Virus record (IMG/VR): IMGVR_UViG_3300028241_002116
DNA length: 64,000 nucleotides
Strand: one strand, 5' to 3'
Origin: an uncultured virus (IMG/VR IMGVR_UViG_3300028241_002116)
Taxonomy: Duplodnaviria; Heunggongvirae; Uroviricota; Caudoviricetes
The notes below the pieces were generated by a model. That model was given only the letters and a program-made list of their open reading frames with translations. It had not been told where the DNA came from and searched no databases. Position numbers and translations under genes: made by a program. Shown in pieces: positions 9,177-18,603 of the stretch. How positions within the stretch are numbered: the stretch's first letter is position 1; every line of letters begins with the position of its first letter.

Positions 9177-10788
9177 CATACAGAAAGATCCATATATTGA
9201 CGCATTTAATGCCGGTCGTGCTGCCGTTAAAAATGCCGACCGTCAATTAATGCGTTCAGTTCCTAAAGGCGTACAATACAACTGGCTTCATAACGTACAA
9301 TATAACAATGTTGTATATCCTATTGATAAAATCCCTGATAGACTCCTCAGACTTATTGAACGCAGAAATCCTGTAGTCGGCTCAATTATTACCCTCAGAA
9401 TTCAGCAGGGTATTGAATACTCTCATGTTTCGCATGATAAAGACACTCCCGGTTGGGAGTTTGTTCTAATTGATGAAAAGAAAAGCATAACAAAAGAACA
9501 GGAGAAACAGAAACAGTATCTTGAAGATTTGTTGATGTACGGAAAAAGGGAAGATTATATTCCGTTCCAGTTAAGCGATGAACCGCCAACGTTCAGGGAC
9601 AGGATTACAATGTTTATGAGAGACAGGCTTTTGATTGATAAAGTCTGTTGGGAGATTGAGAGAAACAAAAAAGGTGAGACAGTCGCCTTGTGGACACTTG
9701 ATGGAGCTACTATTTATCCTGTATTGCCAGGGGGATATTACGGATCTGTTTCTCAGATTTCCTCCGGTGTTGTTGGCGGTTTTAACAAGCTTACCGACAG
9801 ACTTAAACAGGCAAGGATTGAGTCTATCCCTCCGATTGAAGAAATAGCATATATTCAGGAACTTCTTTACGGTATGACAGGTGGAGGTATAGCCGCAGCT
9901 TTCAGGAATACCGATCTGATTTATGATATTGCCGGAGACATGAACGATATAAGATATTATAAACAGGGTTTTTCAGTTGTTGAAAAAGCTAATACCGCAG
10001 TTACCGCATTTATAAACTCGATTACATATAATAGCAATGGGCTTGCAAGAGGGGCTATTCCTAAGATTGCTGTGGCAATGGGTAAAGAGGCTGGCTACAC
10101 TCAGGATCAGCTTGAAGATCTACAGGATGAATGGATGGCTAACTTTGAAGGGGTTGATGGTCAATGGAATATCCCTCTTCTTAATGGTGATGCAAAAGTT
10201 CTTAACCTCATGCCGAACAATAGAGACATGGAATATCAGAAATATATGGAGTTCTGCGGAGCTTTAATCTGTTCGGTAATGGGAGCAGATCCGGCAGAGG
10301 CAGGGCTTAGATTTAATCAGGCCCAAAATGTACTTTCTGAAAATCAGGACGCTAAACAACTATTCTCTAAAAACAGGGGATTAAATCAGCTATTAGGAGA
10401 CTTTTCGTTTATAGTTAATAAATGGCTTAGAATGTCGGGTTATCCCTTTGCGAAAGATTTTAAATTCAGGTTTAACGCTCTTACAACTGAAGATAAAGGA
10501 TTTGAGGCAGATCTCGTTAAAAAGAAAATTGAAACTTACATGGAAGTTAACGAGATAAGAAAAGAAATGGGTTTACCTCCTCTGGAAAATGGAAATATAA
10601 TTCTTAACAGCGTATATTTACAGGCTAAACAGGCTGCGGAGATGCAACAGCAGGGAGGGGGAGAAGATGGCTCAGGGTTTGAGGGTGAAGGTGACGATTC
10701 CGATTTTAGCGGATTTAGTGAAGATGATATTGACGGAGCAGTTGACGAAGCTCTTCAGGGTATGGAAAAAGCAATAAGATTGATATAA
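9136..10788 (+). CDS. portal protein (SPO1/Herelleviridae-like)
   Basis: RDRLLID.CWEIER, LDGATI, NRDMEYQKY, NEIRKEMGLPP; acidic tail ending MEKAIRLI. Confidence 0.9.
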   Translation: MSKKNKNKNLQPNNIQKDPYIDAFNAGRAAVKNADRQLMRSVPKGVQYNWLHNVQYNNVVYPIDKIPDRLLRLIERRNPVVGSIITLRIQQGIEYSHVSHDKDTPGWEFVLIDEKKSITKEQEKQKQYLEDLLMYGKREDYIPFQLSDEPPTFRDRITMFMRDRLLIDKVCWEIERNKKGETVALWTLDGATIYPVLPGGYYGSVSQISSGVVGGFNKLTDRLKQARIESIPPIEEIAYIQELLYGMTGGGIAAAFRNTDLIYDIAGDMNDIRYYKQGFSVVEKANTAVTAFINSITYNSNGLARGAIPKIAVAMGKEAGYTQDQLEDLQDEWMANFEGVDGQWNIPLLNGDAKVLNLMPNNRDMEYQKYMEFCGALICSVMGADPAEAGLRFNQAQNVLSENQDAKQLFSKNRGLNQLLGDFSFIVNKWLRMSGYPFAKDFKFRFNALTTEDKGFEADLVKKKIETYMEVNEIRKEMGLPPLENGNIILNSVYLQAKQAAEMQQQGGGEDGSGFEGEGDDSDFSGFSEDDIDGAVDEALQGMEKAIRLI

Positions 10789-10803
10789 AAGGGGTATATA
10801 ATT

Positions 10804-11910
10804 ATGACTATAAGCAGAAAAAATTTAAGATATTGTCAGGTAGTATATAATAGCAGATATTATGATGTTCTTATTGCTGTTACCGATCTCGATGAAGTTA
10901 ATGATATATTACAGGAATGGGCCTTAAATAAGTTCGGGGCTGGCGCAACTCTTGACCTTCCTTCTGCTCTTATTCAGAATAAAGATATTACAGATGTTTT
11001 AACAAGCGTTGTAATTGATAGCTACGCTTATCTTAAATCACCGTCAAGCGCATACATGGATATGCCACGTTACGCAGGGATCAGCGGTGCTTTTCCAACA
11101 TTACCGACTACACTTACAACAGGTAAATATGTGTGTCCTGAGACAGATGTTTTTCTGTATTCACTGACAGGGCAGGACGGTGTTTTTGGTGAGTACAGTG
11201 TTGCTGAACTTGAACTGACACCTTCAGTCGGAATAAATTTTCTCGGTATATCTTATACCTCCGGTGTTCCAGTATGGGCTTTTTATACATCAATGGCTTC
11301 AATTGATTTTTCAACTGTGATACCTGTAGCTGTAGTTCTTTATTTCGGATCAGCGGTTTATAATATCCCCTGGGGGCAGACAGGCTACGGTTTACCGGAA
11401 AAACTTTTAGAGGCAATGGACGTAAGAAAAGGTTTTGAAATTATCGGATCTTTTGATTTTGATACCGACTCAGTTTCAGGGCTTTATATTGAGCTTGGAG
11501 AAATTACAGTCAGCAAAGGCGTAGAGCAGATTGTATGTGATGCCATAGACACAGAAACAGCCGGAAACGATATGTATTTGTATTATAAAGATTCCTCAGC
11601 GGTATGGCAGACAACTAAAGTTACTCAGATAAACAATACTCAGTATCAGGGATCAGGGCTTGCCTCATTAAGTGCTGGTGAATTTGTTGTTAATCAGATT
11701 TACCGTGTTGTCGATTCCGGTAAACTTTTATTGTTCAATGTTCTTTCCGGTAAATTTTCAACTCTTCAGGATGCGATCAATTCAGGAGAAATTACAGATA
11801 TTCCTGATAATATAAAATATTCAGCGGTATGCGTAGGTAGAATTATAGTTGAGCAGGGATCGACTTCTCCATTGATCCAGAAAGTACGTAAAATAACTTT
11901 CGGGAGTTAG
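10804..11910 (+). CDS. putative virion structural protein
   Basis: 368 aa, beta-rich S/T/V composition, follows portal. Confidence 0.45.
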   Translation: MTISRKNLRYCQVVYNSRYYDVLIAVTDLDEVNDILQEWALNKFGAGATLDLPSALIQNKDITDVLTSVVIDSYAYLKSPSSAYMDMPRYAGISGAFPTLPTTLTTGKYVCPETDVFLYSLTGQDGVFGEYSVAELELTPSVGINFLGISYTSGVPVWAFYTSMASIDFSTVIPVAVVLYFGSAVYNIPWGQTGYGLPEKLLEAMDVRKGFEIIGSFDFDTDSVSGLYIELGEITVSKGVEQIVCDAIDTETAGNDMYLYYKDSSAVWQTTKVTQINNTQYQGSGLASLSAGEFVVNQIYRVVDSGKLLLFNVLSGKFSTLQDAINSGEITDIPDNIKYSAVCVGRIIVEQGSTSPLIQKVRKITFGS

Positions 11911-11980
11911 AAATTTTACTATTGAGATAAAATAATATTTAATAATATCATTACGTCAGGGGCGGCAGGAGAATGAACGG

Positions 11981-12223
11981 ATGCAGAAATTTCAAATTCC
12001 CAATGAGATTCTATTACAGGCTATTAGCTGGATTCTCGGTATTGCTTCTTTTTTGCTGGTCGGCAGCATCAGTCTTGTGGCTTATATATTTACAAAATTC
12101 CGTTCAGACAACGATTGCGAACACGAACGAATTGAAGAAACAATGTGTGAATATCGAAGAGAAATCAGACAGGATATAAAAGACGTTCATAGTCGCATAG
12201 ACTCACACTTAGAGGTTGAATAA
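11981..12223 (+). CDS. putative holin-like membrane protein
   Basis: One N-terminal TM segment plus a charged tail (IKDVHSRIDSH). Confidence 0.45.
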   Translation: MQKFQIPNEILLQAISWILGIASFLLVGSISLVAYIFTKFRSDNDCEHERIEETMCEYRREIRQDIKDVHSRIDSHLEVE

Positions 12224-12225
12224 CA

Positions 12226-12786
12226 ATGGATAAAACAAAAATAAATATTTTGAATTCAGTGACCAAGAGTTATTTCCAGTTCCAGCGACATTTTCCAGAT
12301 AGAAAATCTGCGTTGTTTGAAGATATAAAAGAAGTTCTAAATTGCACACAGGAAAAAGCTGAAAAATTGGCTTCAACTCATTGCAATATGGTGAGCTTCT
12401 GGTCTTGCAACTTTGCTTCAGGATTTACAAATATGCCCTATAAAACGTATTTCAGGACTATGCTTGATAAAAAGTTCTGTAATGATAAAGGCAGAATATT
12501 GATTGAAAAAGATGAAGTGTGCAAAGATGTGTTTGGTTTTAATTTTAAAATTGAATATATTGAAGATTTTGAAGATATACTAAATCCTAAACTCAGACTT
12601 GACAGTGATTGTTTTTATCAGATGAAAATGAAAGCTGATACATCTGGCAGTCATTTCATGTCAACATATATTGATGATGTTTTTTTCGGAACAGACACTT
12701 CTTATAGGGGAACGCCTTTTAAATTAACGAACAAAATAAATCAGAATAATTTTTTATGGCTATTGAAGATAAAAAAATCAGACTGA
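12226..12786 (+). CDS. putative papain-fold peptidase / endolysin candidate (DUF261-like)
   Basis: Cys (THCNM), His (GSHFM) and Asp (GTDTS) spaced as in C39/DUF261-like proteins; position next to holin-like gene. Confidence 0.4.
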   Translation: MDKTKINILNSVTKSYFQFQRHFPDRKSALFEDIKEVLNCTQEKAEKLASTHCNMVSFWSCNFASGFTNMPYKTYFRTMLDKKFCNDKGRILIEKDEVCKDVFGFNFKIEYIEDFEDILNPKLRLDSDCFYQMKMKADTSGSHFMSTYIDDVFFGTDTSYRGTPFKLTNKINQNNFLWLLKIKKSD

Positions 12787-12850
12787 TAATTTTTTTATTG
12801 TTGCTATATATAATTTGTATCTGTAAAATAATTTACGAGGTGATATTTTA

Positions 12851-13066
12851 ATGGTTGTTAAAAGAAAAAAGAAAGATAATGATAATTTGCCGGATAACAA
12901 GTTCGAGTTTGGAGCTTTCGTTATTAAACATTTTCTAAAAGTAATTGCTGTTATAATTGCTTTAGGAATTGCAGTTACAGGATTTAGTCTGAAATGTGGA
13001 GATAATGAAATAACAAAAGATCCTATTTACCAGAGAGTAGATTCTAAAAATCATAATAAGGAGTAA
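12851..13066 (+). CDS. small single-TM membrane protein
   Basis: Hydrophobic segment VIAVIIALGIAVTGF. Confidence 0.55.
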   Translation: MVVKRKKKDNDNLPDNKFEFGAFVIKHFLKVIAVIIALGIAVTGFSLKCGDNEITKDPIYQRVDSKNHNKE

Positions 13067-13076
13067 TGTTCAAAAA

Positions 13077-13799
13077 ATGAGAAAATTTATATATGTTTTT
13101 CTGATCTGTATATTTTCTGTCAATATTTATGCAGATTATGAGTCTCCAATGACTAAATATAAGGATAATTACTTCATTGCAGGGAATGAAGATGTTAAAT
13201 TTCAGGTAAGTGCAAAATATAATCTTATTTATCCCTTTGATATTGGTGTTTATTTCGCATATTCTCAAGTTTCTTTCTGGGATATATACGATAAATCTTC
13301 TCCTTTCCGTGACAGTAATTATAATCCTGAAGCGTTCTGGTTGTCTCCTGGATATGGTTTTCTGAAATATTTTAAATGCGGTTATGAACATAAGAGTAAC
13401 GGCAGAGACAGTGAAGATAGCAGAGGTTTTAACAGGGGATATGTCAAAATAGAACTTGCATACGGTGAACATTATCAAATTGGAATAGCTGGAACTGGAT
13501 ATTATTATACTCATGTTTCACGAAACAATAAAGACTATGACAATTATAACGGACTTTACGAAGTTGAACTATTTTATAAAACTTTAGATCCTGATAAAAA
13601 AGGTATGGAAAAAGAAAAGATTTATGTAAAAGGCGGATCGGGTAAAGACAAAGGATGGATAGAGGGTGGAATAATAACACGGATTTTCACTACAAGGCTA
13701 CAACCAAGAATATTTATTCAGGGGTTTCATGGTTACAGTGAATCCCTGTTGGACTACAATAAAAAGGAAACGCAGATAAGGGGAGGAGTGTTATTTTGA
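13077..13799 (+). CDS. pldA: outer membrane phospholipase A (OMPLA)
   Basis: Signal peptide; NYF, KFQVSAK, YFAYSQVSFW, SSPFRDSNYNPE, catalytic HKSNG, GYSESLLDYN; terminal Phe. Confidence 0.92.
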   Translation: MRKFIYVFLICIFSVNIYADYESPMTKYKDNYFIAGNEDVKFQVSAKYNLIYPFDIGVYFAYSQVSFWDIYDKSSPFRDSNYNPEAFWLSPGYGFLKYFKCGYEHKSNGRDSEDSRGFNRGYVKIELAYGEHYQIGIAGTGYYYTHVSRNNKDYDNYNGLYEVELFYKTLDPDKKGMEKEKIYVKGGSGKDKGWIEGGIITRIFTTRLQPRIFIQGFHGYSESLLDYNKKETQIRGGVLF

Positions 13800-13975
13800 A
13801 AGAGTTGAAAGTTCCAGTTCTTTGTTATTCGAGAGTCAGCGGATATTATAATCCCGTTTCAGCATTCAATAAAGGGAAACAAGAGGAATTTAAAGAGCGT
13901 CAGACAATGAAAGTTCCTGAAAATCTGACATACAGAGCAAGTACAAGAAAATTTTCGGAAAAGGTGACGGTATGA
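13796..13975 (+). CDS. standalone NrdD-type glycyl-radical domain (59 aa, not in ORF track)
   Basis: GGAGGAG RBS, TTG start; translates to MKELKVPVLCYSRVSGYYNPVSAFNKGKQEEFKERQ... Confidence 0.8.
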   Translation: MKELKVPVLCYSRVSGYYNPVSAFNKGKQEEFKERQTMKVPENLTYRASTRKFSEKVTV

Positions 13976-14310
13976 AATTAAAAATATTATGTGCAGTTGT
14001 TTTCTTATTATCAATAGCTGGAAATATATTTCTGCTTTCAGGGTGTAAGACTTTTGATATGCAGGACTATGTAATTGAAGGTCAGCCGGACGAGTGCAAT
14101 GATTACTATATAACAATCGGGGCTTATGCTCATAGCGAGAATAAAGATTTTGCGTTTCCTGCAACTTTGTATGAAGGATGTAAAACCGCAAGGTCTTCTA
14201 AGAAAGATAAAAAGATTGAGGCACTTTGTAAACGGATATATTTTCCTGATTCAAATGTCAGCAAGAAATCAGAAAATTATGTGGAATATCTGGAATGTTT
14301 AAAGGATTAA
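13972..14310 (+). CDS. lipoprotein
   Basis: Signal peptide ending LLSG-C; additional Cys residues in the mature part. Confidence 0.7.
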   Translation: MKLKILCAVVFLLSIAGNIFLLSGCKTFDMQDYVIEGQPDECNDYYITIGAYAHSENKDFAFPATLYEGCKTARSSKKDKKIEALCKRIYFPDSNVSKKSENYVEYLECLKD

Positions 14311-14311
14311 G

Positions 14312-15706
14312 ATGTCAGACAATAAAGAATTTGAACATGAAGTTAAGGATGAGAAATATCTTGAGGACTTGATCGAATATTTCTCCGCTTATGTCTCAGC
14401 CGTTATCAGTGAAATTTTTGTTGGTATCGGTGTTAATTTAGGACTATCAGAAAAAGAAGCTTATAAACTCGCCAAAACAGATCCGAATAAACTTGAAAAA
14501 GCTAATTTCTTTAATAACGTATTTGAAAAGTTTAAGAATATATTCAAGTACCGTATTCCGAAATTCAGGTTAAAAAAACAGGTCTTTAATAATGGAAAGC
14601 CGTTGTCTGAAGCTCAATGGAAAATTATCAATGAATCTATTTCAAAATACTGGAAAGAGAATACTCAGAAAATTACAGAGGATGCTACGGTCAAAGGTTT
14701 TATCCTGGGACGTAACACGTCAAAATATAGAAAAGCAAAAGTTGATAACACTGGAAAGAGTTTAGAAAAAATAATCAAACAGGAAGAAAAAGAAAACGGT
14801 AAAAAGTTTGGAGATCGATTTGAAGAGGCTTATAAGAACTACGACTTTAAAAACTCTGAAAAGAACGCAATGAATCGAGCCTTCTCCAATATTGCAATGT
14901 ACGTTTCAAACACTGAGGACGAAGTTAAACAGGCAATACGCAAGAATATAACAGAAGGCATAAACGATAATAAAACCGCCACAGAAATAGCGTCAGATTT
15001 ATACTGGAATGTCCAGAAAGAAACCGGAAATGAAACCGCTGAGAGTGTTCGCAAGAATTGGCACAGGATAGCTGCGACAGAGATGAACAGTGTTTTTGAG
15101 GCAGGAATCTTAGCACCATACGAGGCTGAGGCTATGGAGGGGCTGAAAAAAGGTAAAGGGGTTTATTTTGTCAGGGTTGGTGGATCGTGTGACTGGTGTC
15201 TGCCACGCCAGGGAACGCTTGTCAGGTTAGTTCCGTTATCTATTGTCGCAGATACAGGAGATGAAAGCCTGAAGTCAATGGGTATAGAAGATCCTTATAC
15301 TGATATTGCAATCTGGGTTGGTAAAAATAATATAGGTCGTAAAAAACCAGACTGGATGATTTGTTGTCCTGCTCACCCATATAATCGAGCAAGTTTTTCA
15401 CCTATTGATTTAGACACACAGGAATATGATCCGAAATTAAAAAGGGTTGTTGATAAAGTGCCTGAAAGTTTAAGGCGGTATGGAATAAAAAGAGATACGT
15501 CTTTTGCAACACCTGAATATAAAGAAAGTAAAAAACCGACAAAGATAGGAGAAAATCTTGTAAGATTTTATGATAGTACCTATGAGGCAGTTGACAAAGA
15601 AAATTATAATAAAAAATTAGAACAATGGAGAAAAGATCCCTCTCTTCCTATTCCAGTAAGTCGGAGCAGTACAGATTATAAACAAATTTTTGGTAATGCA
15701 AAATGA
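14312..15706 (+). CDS. minor head / head morphogenesis protein (Mu F / SPP1 gp7-like)
   Basis: WHRIAATEM, GSCDWC, CPAHPYNR. Confidence 0.75.
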   Translation: MSDNKEFEHEVKDEKYLEDLIEYFSAYVSAVISEIFVGIGVNLGLSEKEAYKLAKTDPNKLEKANFFNNVFEKFKNIFKYRIPKFRLKKQVFNNGKPLSEAQWKIINESISKYWKENTQKITEDATVKGFILGRNTSKYRKAKVDNTGKSLEKIIKQEEKENGKKFGDRFEEAYKNYDFKNSEKNAMNRAFSNIAMYVSNTEDEVKQAIRKNITEGINDNKTATEIASDLYWNVQKETGNETAESVRKNWHRIAATEMNSVFEAGILAPYEAEAMEGLKKGKGVYFVRVGGSCDWCLPRQGTLVRLVPLSIVADTGDESLKSMGIEDPYTDIAIWVGKNNIGRKKPDWMICCPAHPYNRASFSPIDLDTQEYDPKLKRVVDKVPESLRRYGIKRDTSFATPEYKESKKPTKIGENLVRFYDSTYEAVDKENYNKKLEQWRKDPSLPIPVSRSSTDYKQIFGNAK

Positions 15707-16482
15707 TTTTTAATATAGATCAAGATGCTATCATAGATGCGATGCTCTCTGCTTTAAATAATGCAAGAGTTGGTGAAGAATATATGCAACAAATAATAGA
15801 GCGTATTGATGATTCAATTCCTGGAGTTTTAGAATTATTGATAAATGATTCTACTGAATACTGGAAAGAAACAGCGATTGGTAAGGGCGGTGGTTGGGGT
15901 GAAATATATGCGAGTGCTATTAAAAATAAAAAATCAGAAAACGGTGGTGAAATATATATAGATGAAAGTGTAAAAGGTAAAAATAATAAACCTGCTAAAA
16001 TGTTTTCTGAAATGGTTGAAAAAGGTGTTACCTCATGGTCTATTCGTGATGCACTTCTCGCCAGCGAAAAAGCTAAAACTGGAAAAGATGGGATTAAATA
16101 TATTGTAGTTCCTTTTCCTGTCGCAACTCCACGAAAAGCCACACAGGGAAAACAATTGTCAAAGTTTGGTGGTAGGACTATGACAAATGAAATATATAAA
16201 ATAGTTAAAAGTGGTGGAAAAATATCTTCAGGAACAATGCTAACTACCTCTTCGGGAAAAGAAATTGATATTGGAGGTTTAACAAAATTTGAAACAAAAC
16301 AATTTCATTCTCAATATGGAATATTTCGTTGCGTAAGTTCAAAATCAATGGGTTGGCAATATCCTGATAAATCTCCAAGACCTGTTTTTCCTTCTGTTGT
16401 TGAATATGTGAATAAAAGAGTGGCAGAGATAATAAGTGATCTCTGCCAAGCTATTGTTAAAGAGTTTGATATGGGGGAATGA
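15703..16482 (+). CDS. putative neck / head-tail completion protein
   Basis: YIVVPF, GIFRCVSSKSMGWQYP resemble Herelleviridae-type neck proteins. Confidence 0.5.
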   Translation: MIFNIDQDAIIDAMLSALNNARVGEEYMQQIIERIDDSIPGVLELLINDSTEYWKETAIGKGGGWGEIYASAIKNKKSENGGEIYIDESVKGKNNKPAKMFSEMVEKGVTSWSIRDALLASEKAKTGKDGIKYIVVPFPVATPRKATQGKQLSKFGGRTMTNEIYKIVKSGGKISSGTMLTTSSGKEIDIGGLTKFETKQFHSQYGIFRCVSSKSMGWQYPDKSPRPVFPSVVEYVNKRVAEIISDLCQAIVKEFDMGE

Positions 16483-16487
16483 TTCTA

Positions 16488-16715
16488 TTAAAATATTTCT
16501 GTATATATATGAATAGAATATCCTGGAGAACCTGCCGTTATTACATATTTTCCATAACCTCTTTTTTCCACATCTTCTTTGATTGATATTTGAAAGCAAG
16601 AGAAATGATTTTTAATGTCTTTATCTATGATTTTTATAATTTCTGAGGTTGTGGGATAGAATTCATAATCGAACTCTGAATTTTTGACTTGCTGAATTAA
16701 CTCTTTCACTTCCAC
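16488..16715 (-). pseudogene. possible N-terminal remnant of a DNA methyltransferase
   Basis: DYEFYPTT motif with no SAM-binding motif downstream; 75 aa. Confidence 0.35.
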
Positions 16716-16921
16716 GCTCCTTTACACTCTTCATACAGGCTTTCAAGCCGTTCCGTTGTAGCTTCCCTGTTTAAAATCATTCTTACATAGGTCTTTGACT
16801 TGCCAAGCAGTATTGACAGATTTTCCTGAGATCCTGCTCTGTTGATAAAACGTCCGATCTCCGAAGCATAGAATATTCGGAGATCGTGTTTAACCTGTTT
16901 ATGGTTTTTGTCGGTGATCAT
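16706..16921 (-). CDS. Cro-like HTH protein
   Basis: GSQENLSILLGKSKTYVRMILN. Confidence 0.6.
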   Translation of the reverse strand: MITDKNHKQVKHDLRIFYASEIGRFINRAGSQENLSILLGKSKTYVRMILNREATTERLESLYEECKGAWK

Positions 16922-17073
16922 TTTAATATTCCCATCGCCACAGCTTCTTCAAAAGTTCTGGGCCAAGCAGGTTCTTTAACCGCTGATTTATAAGTACCTT
17001 TAGGATTTATATAGTGTCCTTTAATTCTGTTCTTGCGCTGTTTTTTACTTTCATGTTTCTTTTTTTTGCTCAC
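16918..17073 (-). CDS. small basic hypothetical protein (not in ORF track)
   Basis: GTG start, MSKKKKHESKKQRKNRIKGHYINPKG..., overlaps both neighbours. Confidence 0.5.
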   Translation of the reverse strand: MSKKKKHESKKQRKNRIKGHYINPKGTYKSAVKEPAWPRTFEEAVAMGILK

Positions 17074-17249
17074 GCTCTTGCTCCTTTTTTCTCATAGTAT
17101 TTGACTCGACCTTCAATGAATCTGTCAGCCTGTTTTTTCTCTCTTTTAAAGTTTCTGCAAAAAGCCATAGCTTCTGCATCTGAATAATGCGAGAATTCAG
17201 GGAAAGCCTTTCTAAATCTGTTAATTTGTTCCTGTTTAATTTGTGTCAT
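17070..17249 (-). CDS. small hypothetical protein (not in ORF track)
   Basis: AGGAG RBS; MTQIKQEQINRFRKAFPEF..., 59 aa. Confidence 0.6.
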   Translation of the reverse strand: MTQIKQEQINRFRKAFPEFSHYSDAEAMAFCRNFKREKKQADRFIEGRVKYYEKKGARA

Positions 17250-17457
17250 TGTAATACTCTCCTTTTTATATTTAATCTTTAAATGTTATTTTTATAAGTT
17301 GGAAAATCAAAACTAATAAAACAATAAAAATTATGATTAAAATAATTATGATTATAATATCACAGGGGTTATTCCAGTTAATGTTTTTTATTTTTTCACT
17401 GTGAAGAAATATCGGCATAGGTACTGGCATAGTTTTATTCTCCTTTTTATATTTGAA

Positions 17458-17640
17458 TTATGATTCTTTGTTTTCTTGAATAAATTCAAGTGCTTCTTTT
17501 TTAGAATTAAATATGTCATAATAATAATCATAATTTTTACGACATTCCGAAATTGGCATACAGTTTATTTTGACTTCAATAGGTTCGGACATTTCAACTT
17601 TTCCAGAATCATAAACTTTTGTTTCAACTGCATATTTCAT
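17458..17640 (-). CDS. small hypothetical early protein
   Basis: AGGAG RBS. Confidence 0.6.
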   Translation of the reverse strand: MKYAVETKVYDSGKVEMSEPIEVKINCMPISECRKNYDYYYDIFNSKKEALEFIQENKES

Positions 17641-17644
17641 AATC

Positions 17645-17890
17645 TTATTCTCCTTTTATTTTATTACAGTCTTCACAATCTTTGTGACAGGGAACACCGT
17701 CACATAAGGCGCAGAGGTTGGAATGTGATTTTATTATTCCATTTGAAATAGCTTTCCATCCTGTAAAATCAAAATCAGGATTATCCTTTTTAAAGATTTC
17801 GATAGCTTCTTTATTTGTATAAGCTTCTATATGTGCTATAATTCCATGAGGTCTTTTACATATTAAATATTCTCTTTTAATTTTTTCCAT
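17645..17890 (-). CDS. small hypothetical protein with C-terminal Cys cluster
   Basis: CALC..C..CEDC. Confidence 0.55.
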   Translation of the reverse strand: MEKIKREYLICKRPHGIIAHIEAYTNKEAIEIFKKDNPDFDFTGWKAISNGIIKSHSNLCALCDGVPCHKDCEDCNKIKGE

Positions 17891-17940
17891 TTTGGTTCTC
17901 TCTTTATTTTTTTTTGCCGGTATGTTTCAACCGGCTTATG

Positions 17941-18147
17941 TTATAATGTTACTTTTATATTTGCTGAAAATGGAAATAAACCGCCAACTAATCTATTATT
18001 ATTATATCCTATTTGGTCTATGCATTCTGCTTTGCTTTTTGAAACCTTTTTATAAACCATTATTAAATCATTATCAATATCTCTTGTGGCTTTGCTTATT
18101 ACTTTAAACTCTTGACCTATTTTTAAATTAGCAAAAAAATCTTTCAT
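17941..18147 (-). CDS. small hypothetical early protein
   Basis: GAGG RBS before ATG 18147. Confidence 0.5.
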   Translation of the reverse strand: MKDFFANLKIGQEFKVISKATRDIDNDLIMVYKKVSKSKAECIDQIGYNNNRLVGGLFPFSANIKVTL

Positions 18148-18235
18148 CTCAATTACCTCTCTTTTCTTTATGTTTTTACAATACAGCTCGGATAAAATAT
18201 CCGGCTGATTGTCTGTGTTAATTATATTGATGAGT

Positions 18236-18433
18236 TTATCTTGCTCTAATTCCCCTATCATAAAGTCTTGACCTCGTAGTTTCTTTTTCTCCGTCAACGC
18301 TTATTCTTCCGATAACCTCATAACCGTTATTGTTTAAATCTTTTTTAAATGCCGCTTTTGATTCGTACTCTGATTCTATTGTTATTATTTCTTTGCTTTG
18401 TTTGTCTCTTGCTACTGCTATCATTTTTTTCAT
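18236..18433 (-). CDS. small hypothetical early protein
   Basis: AGGAG RBS before MKKMIAV; TTGACA promoter at 18497-18492. Confidence 0.55.
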   Translation of the reverse strand: MKKMIAVARDKQSKEIITIESEYESKAAFKKDLNNNGYEVIGRISVDGEKETTRSRLYDRGIRAR

Positions 18434-18603
18434 CTCGTTTCTCCTTTTCTTTAATCTCTTATGATGTAAAATTAACACATCCGTTAATCCCTGTCAAGTC
18501 TTTTGCGAAAAAAATTCACTTTTTTTGATTTTTTTTAATAATTGACATTGATACGATTTTATGAATTATTGCATATATGCAATAATTAAAATGGAGACAA
18601 TAC

